Positions 26,985-35,189 of a stretch of DNA of 64,000 nucleotides are shown one piece after another; within the stretch, counting starts at the first letter, position 1, and each line of letters starts with the position of its first letter. The notes beneath the pieces were generated by a model. It had not been told where the DNA came from. It searched no databases and saw nothing but the letters and a program-made list of their open reading frames with translations. The position numbers and the translations under genes are program-made. The stretch is taken from NCBI GenBank assembly GCA_963730185.1, contig CAVSQW010000012.1, positions 224,001 through 288,000 of the forward strand. Reading direction: 5' to 3'. The stretch comes from an uncultured Gemmatimonadales bacterium (GTDB taxonomy: Bacteria; Gemmatimonadota; Gemmatimonadetes; Gemmatimonadales; GWC2-71-9).

Positions 26985-28454
26985 ATGAACGGAAGGTTGG
27001 TGTGTGCTGCCGTTGCCGCCATGCTCGCGCCGCCGGCCCATGTCCCGGTGGCGATGGCGACGTGCGCGGTTTCGGGAAGTCGACAAGGCGCCTCGGTGAA
27101 CGACATCGTTGTGCTGCACGGCCGCGTCATGGATCCTGCGTCGGGGCTCGATGCCATCCGTTCCATCGGGATCTCTGGAGGGAGGATCTGCACGATCAGC
27201 GCCCGCGCACTCGTGGGCCGAGACACTGTTGATGCGCGTGGGATGGTGGTGGCGCCGGGCTTCATCGATCTGCATCAGCATGCGCAGGATGAGGCCGCCT
27301 ACCGAGTCGAGGCGCTGGATGGGACGACGACGGCGCTGGAGCTGGAAGGGGGAACAGCCGACGTCGCCGGGTGGTACCGGGAGCGGGAGGGTCGGTCGCT
27401 GATCAACTACGGCGTCAGCATTGGGCACGAGCAGGTAAGAATGCTGGTGATGGGCGACAGCGGCGTCAACGTGCCGATCGGGCCGGCCAAGCTGCGCGGC
27501 GCGACGGACGAGGAGCTTGCGGCCATCATCCAAAAGATGGCCCAGGGGATGAACGAAGGGGCGGTGGCCGCGGGGCTGCTGCTGGAGTCGACTCCGGCGG
27601 CGCGTCCGTGGGAGATCATCAAGATATTCCGCCTGGCGGCGGCGTACGGAGCGAGCGTGCATGTCCACCTGCGCGGGCTTGCGGAGCCATATTACTTCCT
27701 GGAGACCGAGGAAGTGATCGGCGCATCAGCCGCCACGGGAGCAGCTGCCCACATTGTGCATATCCAGAGCTCCGGCGGCGAGGACACCCCACGCATGCTC
27801 GAGCTCGTCCGCGGCGCTCGGCTCCGCGGGCTCGACATCACCACCGAGGTGTATCCGTACACCGCATCGATGGAGGAGATCGATGGGGCGGGAAACGACC
27901 GGTGGGAGTCGTGGTCCGACAAGCGATTTACCCGCTACGAATGGCCCGCCACGGGCGAGCGGCTGACCCGGGAGTCGTTTGGCCGGTACCGGAAGCTGGG
28001 CGGGTTCGTGGTGGACTACGACAATACCGAAGACGTGGTCACGGCGGCCGTGGCGGATCCGCTCACGATGATTGCGAGCGACGGGATTCTCCACGGCGAG
28101 ATCGGGCATCCGCGGGTCGCCGGGACATTTGCCCGGGTGCTGGGACACTACGTCCGTGAGACCCAGACGTTGACGCTGATGGATGCGCTGCGGAAGATGA
28201 CCATCGAGCCGGCACGCCGGTTGGAGAAGCGGGTGCCAGCGATGGTACGCAAAGGCCGGATCCAGGCCGGGGCCGATGCGGACTTGGTGATCTTCAACCC
28301 CGGCCAGATCATCGACCGCGCCACCTACCGCGAGCCGACGCTTCCTCCGCTGGGCCTCAGAGACGTATTGGTCAATGGCACCGCGGTTGTACGGGCTGGC
28401 AGGTTGCAGGCTGGCGTGCTCCCGGGCCGGGCGGTGCGCGCCCCCACACGATGA
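26985..28454 (+). CDS. N-acyl-D-amino-acid deacylase-like amidohydrolase
   Basis: GRVMDPASGLD, PGFIDLHQH, DGTTTALELEGG, IASDG, HPRVAGTFARVLG. Confidence 0.88.
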   Translation: MNGRLVCAAVAAMLAPPAHVPVAMATCAVSGSRQGASVNDIVVLHGRVMDPASGLDAIRSIGISGGRICTISARALVGRDTVDARGMVVAPGFIDLHQHAQDEAAYRVEALDGTTTALELEGGTADVAGWYREREGRSLINYGVSIGHEQVRMLVMGDSGVNVPIGPAKLRGATDEELAAIIQKMAQGMNEGAVAAGLLLESTPAARPWEIIKIFRLAAAYGASVHVHLRGLAEPYYFLETEEVIGASAATGAAAHIVHIQSSGGEDTPRMLELVRGARLRGLDITTEVYPYTASMEEIDGAGNDRWESWSDKRFTRYEWPATGERLTRESFGRYRKLGGFVVDYDNTEDVVTAAVADPLTMIASDGILHGEIGHPRVAGTFARVLGHYVRETQTLTLMDALRKMTIEPARRLEKRVPAMVRKGRIQAGADADLVIFNPGQIIDRATYREPTLPPLGLRDVLVNGTAVVRAGRLQAGVLPGRAVRAPTR

Positions 28455-29353
28455 GCCATCGAAGAATGACCATGCACCCGATACGGTTTATCGCAGTGTT
28501 GGTCATCGCTTCGCCCCTTCCAGCCGTCGGCCAAAGCAGCAAGGGAGAGCAGCAAGTACGCCGCTTCCTGGCCGAATACGACAAAGCCATCGCCAGTCGC
28601 GACATCGTTTTTCTCGAGGCGGTACTGCCGAGCGATTACACCTATACGGGAGCGAGCGGCAAGGAATCAGACCGAGCGCGGGTGTTGGCGTTTTTCACCC
28701 GGGAGAAAGACACACCGACGTACACGATGAACTCGCTCAAGCACGAGGACGTGCAGGTGCGCGTCGTCGGCAATATGGCGGTTGTGACGAACGACTATAC
28801 CTCGCAGACGACGCCGATCGATTCGCCGGAGGCCGAACCAGACATCGACAAGGGGCGCCACACCGGGGTCTTTGAAAGGCGTAACGGGCGTTGGATGGTT
28901 ATCGCCGAACAAGACACCGAACAGCCGCACGACGATCGATTGATGGAGCGGCAGGTTGTGAAAGCCGGGAGAGAATACAACGACTTGATGAAACGCCTCC
29001 AGAGCGGGGGCAGCCTCGCAGAGTTCGAAAAGGGCGGCGACATTGCGGTGCTCAAACGCCGACACGCCGAGGAGTATACCGGCACGAGCCCCGACGGTGA
29101 CATCTGTAGCAAGGCAGAAGAGGTGGAAGGCTACCAGAGCAATCAGATGAAGGTCGAGTCCGCCGAACTGTCCCAACAGCGAGTGCGCGCCATCGACAAC
29201 AACACCGCCGTCGAAACTGGGAGAATCAGGTACCTCGGGACCAGGGCCGGTCGTCCGGTCGACATTACCAAGCGTTTCACGAGAACCTGGGTTTTTCGGG
29301 AGCGGTGGCAAGTCCTGGCCGATCATGATTCACTAGTCAGGAAGAAGGACTAA
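28451..29353 (+). CDS. Tandem DUF4440 / NTF2-like secreted protein
   Basis: Two NTF2-like repeats ending GRWMVIAEQ and RWQVLADH; ATGA overlap. Confidence 0.8.
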   Translation: MSHRRMTMHPIRFIAVLVIASPLPAVGQSSKGEQQVRRFLAEYDKAIASRDIVFLEAVLPSDYTYTGASGKESDRARVLAFFTREKDTPTYTMNSLKHEDVQVRVVGNMAVVTNDYTSQTTPIDSPEAEPDIDKGRHTGVFERRNGRWMVIAEQDTEQPHDDRLMERQVVKAGREYNDLMKRLQSGGSLAEFEKGGDIAVLKRRHAEEYTGTSPDGDICSKAEEVEGYQSNQMKVESAELSQQRVRAIDNNTAVETGRIRYLGTRAGRPVDITKRFTRTWVFRERWQVLADHDSLVRKKD

Positions 29354-29443
29354 GGGCCGGTCTCAATTGACGCGATCCGACTGCCTACGGTGATTCGTTA
29401 GTGTGAGCGTTGTCCGACCTATTCCCCGCCTTGGAGGTCCTCA

Positions 29444-29947
29444 TTGACCACCGTCTCCCCACTCCGGCGCGTTCGCGCCCGGGCGTCCCTAGCGTTGGTC
29501 GTCCTGGCCACGGCGCTCGTCAGTATCGCACGGGCGCAACCCCCCGGTGGACCAGTAGGGGGACCGTCCGCCGCTCCATTCGTAGTCGAGAGCTACTACC
29601 GGGTGCGGTGGGGCAGCCTCGACGAGTTCCAGCAGCTCTTCGAGAAGAACCACCTCCCGTTTCTTCAAGCGATGCTCCGGTCCGGCGTGCTGCTCGAGCT
29701 ACGGATTGAGGCACCCCGGGAGCATATGCCGGAAGCCGTCCGTTGGGACATGCGAACGACCCTTGTGTACCGAGATGCGGCGTCCGCCTACCTCGACGAG
29801 CCGGTGAGCGAGTCAGAATACACGGCGATCGTCAAGGACGACCAAGACGAGGCGCGCTTCAAGAGGGAGGAGCAGCGACGATTTGCCCTCCTCGAGGCGC
29901 ACTGGGACGTCAACGTCAAACGCCTTGCCATGCAAGTGCCCAAGTAG
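29444..29947 (+). CDS. Secreted hypothetical protein (NIPSNAP/dimeric alpha-beta barrel-like)
   Basis: GGAGG RBS before TTG; signal peptide; YYRVRWG..EF..LF.KNH.P. Confidence 0.65.
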   Translation: MTTVSPLRRVRARASLALVVLATALVSIARAQPPGGPVGGPSAAPFVVESYYRVRWGSLDEFQQLFEKNHLPFLQAMLRSGVLLELRIEAPREHMPEAVRWDMRTTLVYRDAASAYLDEPVSESEYTAIVKDDQDEARFKREEQRRFALLEAHWDVNVKRLAMQVPK

Positions 29948-29959
29948 CAATCAGAGGGG

Positions 29960-30079
29960 CCGTCGCGTGTCGACGGGACCGGCGACCATGTCTACATGCT
30001 CATTCCCGCGAACTACACGTACCCGCAGAAGGGAACGACCGGGTGGCGCATCATTGACCGGTCCTGGGCCAAGAAGTAG
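29960..30079 (+). pseudogene. Internally deleted C-terminal remnant of an NTF2/SnoaL-like protein
   Basis: PSRVDGTGDHVYMLIPANYTYPQKGTTGWRIIDRSWAKK*; no start codon. Confidence 0.4.
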
Positions 30080-30166
30080 CCAAATGCGCATCCTCGGCGC
30101 GGGAGGGAGGGTCGGGAAGCCGCCGGTGAAGGATTACGACATTTCTGCCTCGCCCGAGGGCACCCC

Positions 30167-30342
30167 CGGCTGCTCCACCACGCCACCACCATCAACATCA
30201 AGGGCGATTCGTATCGCCTGAAGGACAAACGCCGCGCCGGGATGCTCCGCCCCGCTGCGACGCCGGAGCTCGCGGAGTAGACTCACCCTAGGTGGGGAGT
30301 TTCACATGTCGAATCCTGGGGAGTTTCGGAAGTCGCTTGACA
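30167..30342 (+). mobile_element. istB: IS21-family remnant: istB C-terminus and right terminal inverted repeat
   Basis: RLLHHATTINIKGDSYRLKDKRRAG...* (30167-30280); two TGGGGAGTTTC subrepeats 24 bp apart; ends ...TTGACA at 30342. Confidence 0.85.
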
Positions 30343-30710
30343 GGTCGAGCGCTCCATCGACGGGTGGATGGATCCGGTTCCAGCGCTCCTTGAACCCCGC
30401 CCGCGCCATCACGCTGTGCTGCAGCCCGAACAGCAGGAGGAGCCCGAGGTCGAAGAGCGCCGCGGCGGCCCGGTTGGCGATGTGGACCGGGCCGCCCGTG
30501 AGCGCGAAGACGCCGAGGCTGACCAGGATCAAGAGCAGCAGGGTCGCGAAGCCCGCCGCGTACGACCCGATGCCGTAGGCCAGGATTCCGATCCGGGGGA
30601 GGAGTCGGGTAGTTGGAGTACCGCCCGGTCGGTATGCTCGATGGCAAGACCACGGGCAGTCATGCGAAAACTCTCCTTCTAGTCCCGGCGGGACCGTTTA
30701 GGGGAAGCGC
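30343..30710 (-). pseudogene. Diverged, frameshifted partial copy of the tetR 3' end and mddA-like 5' end
   Basis: Colinear with 21454-21821, with many substitutions and small indels; cut exactly at the IS21 end. Confidence 0.88.
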
Positions 30711-30766
30711 TCGTGCCGGCCCGGCGGGCGAGCCGGGTCAGCCCGCTGGAGGCGCTCCGCTCCTGA
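30710..30766 (+). pseudogene. C-terminal tail remnant of an ADOP ABC permease
   Basis: LVPARRASRVSPLEALRS*; compare the tails of the two intact permeases. Confidence 0.7.
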
Positions 30767-31119
30767 AACCGGCTGGGCGCGGCGCTGGCCACCGCCAGCC
30801 GGGTGGCAAAGCGGCGGACCAGCGCCCGGGTCCCGCAAGGGATCGAGAACTCCGTTGTCGGCCCTTGGCGACATGCATCGCGCGGTCTACCTCACAGCCC
30901 GGCACATACTGGCGAAGAAGGTGCTTTCGACGTCCACCGGGGCCGGTCATATGACGCCCTGCCGACGACGTGGGCTCGGCTCGAGACAGAACCGCTCGCA
31001 GCGGGTTGCCAGCAGGGGGCATTGCTGGACGCGTGTTGACATCGTGATCGCCGACGGCATCTTTGTCCTTGGCGGTCCAATAGCAACCTCGGCCCTCGCG
31101 GCCAATCCAGGAGGATGGT

Positions 31120-31716
31120 ATGCGCTTGATGTCCACGGTGGCGGTCGGCGTGGTGATGGCCGCGGCCCCACTTCCGTCAGGGGTGCAACGTAGCCGTCCG
31201 ACCGCCGATGTCCGGGCACCGCAACCGACGAGCGACATGAAAGGCCTGGTCAAAGCTCTCGCAGGGCGCTGGTCCTTGAAGGTGACATTCGAACCCTCCA
31301 AGGATGCGCCGGCCGGGTTTGAGGGGACCGGAGAGGAAACCTGGCACGCGGGTCCAGAGGGACTGACATTCACCGACGAAGAGGTCATGCACGCAGGGCC
31401 GCTAGCCATCATCCTGGTCGGGGTACTCTGGCAAGACCTGACAACCAAGGCCTTTCACGCGATGGATTGTAACAACCAGAATCCGCATAGCTGTGACCTC
31501 AAAGGTGCCGTCGACGGGATGGCTGTTCATTGGACCGGCAGTGAGCTGACAATCGACGAGCAGGAGCTGTCCCCCCAGGGTGAGAGGATGATCTCGCGGG
31601 TGCTGTGGTCCGATATCGGCTCGAACACCTTTACGGAGACTGGATATCTCGGTGCGCCGGGTGGCCCATTCCAAAAGGCCATGACGATTCACGCGACCCG
31701 CATTGCGGGCGAATAG
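31120..31716 (+). CDS. Secreted hypothetical protein (DUF1579-like beta-barrel)
   Basis: AGGAGG RBS; signal-like N-terminus; LAGRWSLKV, GEETW. Confidence 0.65.
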   Translation: MRLMSTVAVGVVMAAAPLPSGVQRSRPTADVRAPQPTSDMKGLVKALAGRWSLKVTFEPSKDAPAGFEGTGEETWHAGPEGLTFTDEEVMHAGPLAIILVGVLWQDLTTKAFHAMDCNNQNPHSCDLKGAVDGMAVHWTGSELTIDEQELSPQGERMISRVLWSDIGSNTFTETGYLGAPGGPFQKAMTIHATRIAGE

Positions 31717-31893
31717 ACGGTGTACAGCAGGGTTAGGACTGTCAATCATCCCGGATTGACTACCGTCCGGGGCCGCAGCCGCAAGAGCTACCGCGCGCGG
31801 GCGCCGTCACCAGCAGGTCCGCTGCGGTTTCATTTCAACGCATCGACGCAGAGACCCGACAGCGCCTCCTGCTGACCACCGCGAGCAATCGCC

Positions 31894-32730
31894 TTGGATC
31901 TGTTCGTCATCGCCATCGCCGCGGCCGCCATCTTCGGGGCCCTCCGGCTCCTGGCCGGGCCGGCCCGCCGGCTGCTCGCCCGACGAGCCACGGCGGACGC
32001 CCGGCGCCCCGTGCCCGAGGCGTGGCTCGCGGTGGTTCACGCCAGGCTTCCCTACCTCGCCGCCCTCGGGCCCGACGACCAGGCCCGCCTGCTGCACCAT
32101 GCCCGAGGGCTCCTGGCCACGGTGACCTGGGAGGGATCCGGCGGATTGACGCTCACCGACGAGATGCGGCTGATCATCGCGGCGCAAGCCGCCCTGCTCA
32201 CCTGGAAGCGCGACGAACTTCCCTTCCCTCGCCTCAAGGCCGTCCTGGTCTACCCCACGACGTTCCGCCCGTCGGCGCGGTTCGAATGGGTGCGCGACCC
32301 GGCCCCGAACCCGGAGACGCCCGAGCTCGGGGAGTCCTGGCCCGACGGCACCGTCGTGCTGGCCTGGGACGACGTGCTCCGGGGCGCGGCCGAGCCCCAC
32401 GACGGTCACAACGTGGTGCTTCACGAGTTCGCCCATCAGCTGGACTCGGCCAACGGGCTGTCGGATGGGGTTCCGACCCTGCCACCGGGCCTCACCGCGG
32501 AGGCTTGGCAGGAGAGCCTGGACCGCGGCTATCACGAGCTCGAGCGGGCGACGGGCTCCGGGGCCGGCTCGCCGATCGACCCCTACGGCCTCACCAACCG
32601 GGCCGAGTTCTTCGCGGTGGCCACCGAGGCATTTTTCGAGCGCCCCACCGCGCTCCGGAGCGCCTATCCGGACCTCTACCGCCGGCTGACCGAGCTCTAC
32701 GCCCAGGATCCGGCGCCCCTCGTCGGCTGA
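31894..32730 (+). CDS. Peptidase M90 (MtfA-like) zinc metallopeptidase
   Basis: GHNVVLHEFAHQLD, DPYGLTNRAEFFAVATEAFFE. Confidence 0.92.
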   Translation: MDLFVIAIAAAAIFGALRLLAGPARRLLARRATADARRPVPEAWLAVVHARLPYLAALGPDDQARLLHHARGLLATVTWEGSGGLTLTDEMRLIIAAQAALLTWKRDELPFPRLKAVLVYPTTFRPSARFEWVRDPAPNPETPELGESWPDGTVVLAWDDVLRGAAEPHDGHNVVLHEFAHQLDSANGLSDGVPTLPPGLTAEAWQESLDRGYHELERATGSGAGSPIDPYGLTNRAEFFAVATEAFFERPTALRSAYPDLYRRLTELYAQDPAPLVG

Positions 32731-32766
32731 CGTAAACCGGAAAGCGACGAACGCCGCACTTGGCGG

Positions 32767-33465
32767 TCAGGGGCCTCCGCTCTCCACCAGGGCGCGGGCC
32801 CGCTGGAAGATGGCATGCCACATGACCCGGGTGAGCCGCCCCGTGTTGGTGTTCTGGCGACTCGGGTGATACGACGACAGCAGCACCCGTCCGTCCGGCA
32901 GCACCGCTTCCCGCCCATGGCCGAACGGCGGCCGCGCCTTCGGCGCCAGGGCGGTCCACCAGCCCGCCGCTTCGAGAAAGCTCCGGTGCGCGATGGCGCC
33001 CAGACTCACGATCGTCCGGACCCGGTCCAGGGCATGGAGCTCCTCGACCAGAAAGGGCCGGCACCGGACCAGCTCCTGGGCGGTGGGCTTGTTGTCGGGC
33101 GGCGCGCAGCGGGCCGAGGCGGTGACGTAGCAGTCGGTCAGGGTCAGGCCGTCGCCCTGGGCAACGGAGGTGGGTTGGCTGGCGAAGCCGCACCGGTGCA
33201 GCGCCTCGTAGAGCCAGTCGCCGCTGGAGTCGCCGGTGAACATCCGGCCGGTGCGGTTGGCGCCGTGGGCGGCGGGCGCCAGCCCGACCAAGAGCAGTCG
33301 GGCGGCCGGATCGCCGAAGCCTGGGACCGGCCGGCCCCAGTACTCCTGATCCCGAAATCGGGCCACGCGGACCCGGGCCACCTCGGCGCAATGACGGCGG
33401 AGGCGCGGACATCGGTCGCATCGCACCACCGCCGCGTGGACCTGGGTCAGGGATCGGGTCGCCAT
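32767..33465 (-). CDS. udgB: Uracil-DNA glycosylase family 5 (Fe-S)
   Basis: CDRCPRL, GLAPAAHGANRTGRMFTGDSSG, HPSRQNT. Confidence 0.93.
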   Translation of the reverse strand: MATRSLTQVHAAVVRCDRCPRLRRHCAEVARVRVARFRDQEYWGRPVPGFGDPAARLLLVGLAPAAHGANRTGRMFTGDSSGDWLYEALHRCGFASQPTSVAQGDGLTLTDCYVTASARCAPPDNKPTAQELVRCRPFLVEELHALDRVRTIVSLGAIAHRSFLEAAGWWTALAPKARPPFGHGREAVLPDGRVLLSSYHPSRQNTNTGRLTRVMWHAIFQRARALVESGGP

Positions 33466-33514
33466 CGGGGCAAGTTACCGCGTCGAGGCCCTGGCGCGGA
33501 ACGGCCGACCACCC

Positions 33515-33540
33515 GAAACTTGTGGGGGGCCCGGCCCGTC
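33515..33540 (+). promoter_or_regulatory. ECF sigma-type promoter GAAAC-N17-CGTC
   Basis: 32 nt upstream of ATG 33573. Confidence 0.55.
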
Positions 33541-33572
33541 CGGACCGATCACCGAGGAACGAGGGACCGAGG

Positions 33573-33836
33573 ATGGACAAACAGACGATGGCGCTCATGA
33601 TCCCCGTCCTGGCCCTCTCGATCCCGGTGGTGGCGATCATCTTTGGCAGCCTCGTCAAGATGGCCAAGTTCAAAGCCGAGGCGTCGCACGGGGCCCTGGC
33701 CAACCCGGAGATGGACCACCGCCTGGCCGCGCTGGAGGACGAGGTGGTCACGCTCCGCGAAGACCTGTCCGAGACGCAGGAGCGCCTGGACTTCACCGAA
33801 CGGATGCTGGCCCAGAAGAGCAGCGCGAAGGACTGA
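33573..33836 (+). CDS. Small single-TM coiled-coil membrane protein
   Basis: N-terminal TM, then RLAALEDEV..ELSE/ETQERLDFTERML coiled coil. Confidence 0.75.
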   Translation: MDKQTMALMIPVLALSIPVVAIIFGSLVKMAKFKAEASHGALANPEMDHRLAALEDEVVTLREDLSETQERLDFTERMLAQKSSAKD

Positions 33837-35189
33837 TCAGGGAGCCGCGGCTCGGGCCTCCCGCATGCCGCGGTCGATGTCCACCCGCCAGAGCATCAAG
33901 CCCCCCACCACGAAGAAGAGCACGATCAAGAGCACCGCCGACCGCCGCGAGTGAAGGGCATCGGAGGCGAAGCCGAAGGTCACCCCCAGAATCGCCGCGA
34001 CCTGGCCGAAGAGATTCCAGAACCCGAACATCTGGGCCGATTTGTCGATCGGGGCGAGCAGGCCCACCACCGTCCGGCTCGAGGCCTGGGTGGCGCCGAT
34101 CCCGGCGCCGGCGAAGAGCCCGAGACCGAAGAACACCCACTTCTGGCTGATCCCGGTCATGTCGCTGATCGGAGCGAGCCAATAGATCCCGAGCACGCCG
34201 ACGACCCACCAGACCAGGGTCCAGAGCACCGTCTTCTTGGGGCCAATCTTGCCCTCGAGCACGCCGAAGCCGAGCGCGCCCGCCGCGGCCGACACTTGGA
34301 GCACGAGGAAGAGCAGCGCCAGGTCGCCGGTGGAGAGGCGGACCTCCTCCTTGGCGTAGATCCCGACGAACTTGATGATGGCCTCGAGCCCCGCCATATA
34401 GACGGTGAACGCGGCCAGAAAGCGGAAGAGAATCGGGTAGGCCCGCACGGTACGGGCCGACTGCATGAATTCGTCGAACCCGGCCCGGACCAGGCGCCAG
34501 GTGCCGGCCTTCTCGAAACCCGGCGCCGGGAGGGTCCGGTTCCGGAGCCAGACGAAGGTCGGCAGCGCCGCGACGATGAAGAAGATCCCCATGGTGATCA
34601 TCGAGCGCTGGTTCTCGGCGATGTACCGGGCGAGATCGACCGCCGGATCGGTTCGGATGACCAGCTTGGTGGCCACGATCACGCTGGCCAGCCCGCCGAA
34701 GTAGCCGATTCCCCAGCCCAACCCGGAGATCTTGCCCATGTTCTCGGGCGTGGCGATGTCGGGCAGGAAGCTGGCGCAGAAGGCCTGACTCAACAGAAAG
34801 GCGGCGTTGCTCACCACGATCATGGCGATCGCGAGCCAGAGGTCGCCCGGGCCGGCCAGCGCCAGGGCCGCGGTGGCGACCGAGCAGACGATGCAGCTCG
34901 CGACCAGATAGGCCTTCTTCCGGCCGCTCAAGTCGCTGATTGCCCCTGCCAGCGGTGAGAGGACCAGGGCGAGTAGGGTGCTCAGGATGATCGCGACCGA
35001 CCACCACGAGTCCCGGGCGGTACTGCCGGGCGGCACCACGTAGCCGACGAAGAAGGCGCCGTACACCACCGTGATGACCACGGTGGTGTAGCTCGAGTTG
35101 GCGAAGTCGAACATGGCCCAGCCGAAGATCTCCCGCTTGGTGACGGGGATCTCTCGCCGGGCCGAGGCCGGACGCGACGGCTCGCTCAC
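33837..35189 (-). CDS. MFS transporter, UMF1/ATG22 family
   Basis: REIFGWAMFDFANSSY, GKISGLGWGIGYFGG, GATQASSR; GTG start overlaps the upstream stop. Confidence 0.9.
   Translation of the reverse strand: MSEPSRPASARREIPVTKREIFGWAMFDFANSSYTTVVITVVYGAFFVGYVVPPGSTARDSWWSVAIILSTLLALVLSPLAGAISDLSGRKKAYLVASCIVCSVATAALALAGPGDLWLAIAMIVVSNAAFLLSQAFCASFLPDIATPENMGKISGLGWGIGYFGGLASVIVATKLVIRTDPAVDLARYIAENQRSMITMGIFFIVAALPTFVWLRNRTLPAPGFEKAGTWRLVRAGFDEFMQSARTVRAYPILFRFLAAFTVYMAGLEAIIKFVGIYAKEEVRLSTGDLALLFLVLQVSAAAGALGFGVLEGKIGPKKTVLWTLVWWVVGVLGIYWLAPISDMTGISQKWVFFGLGLFAGAGIGATQASSRTVVGLLAPIDKSAQMFGFWNLFGQVAAILGVTFGFASDALHSRRSAVLLIVLFFVVGGLMLWRVDIDRGMREARAAAP

Noticed and set aside
22654..30342. Intact composite IS21 transposon
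   Set aside because: No istA, only a 10-bp terminal match on the left without subrepeats, and no target-site duplication.
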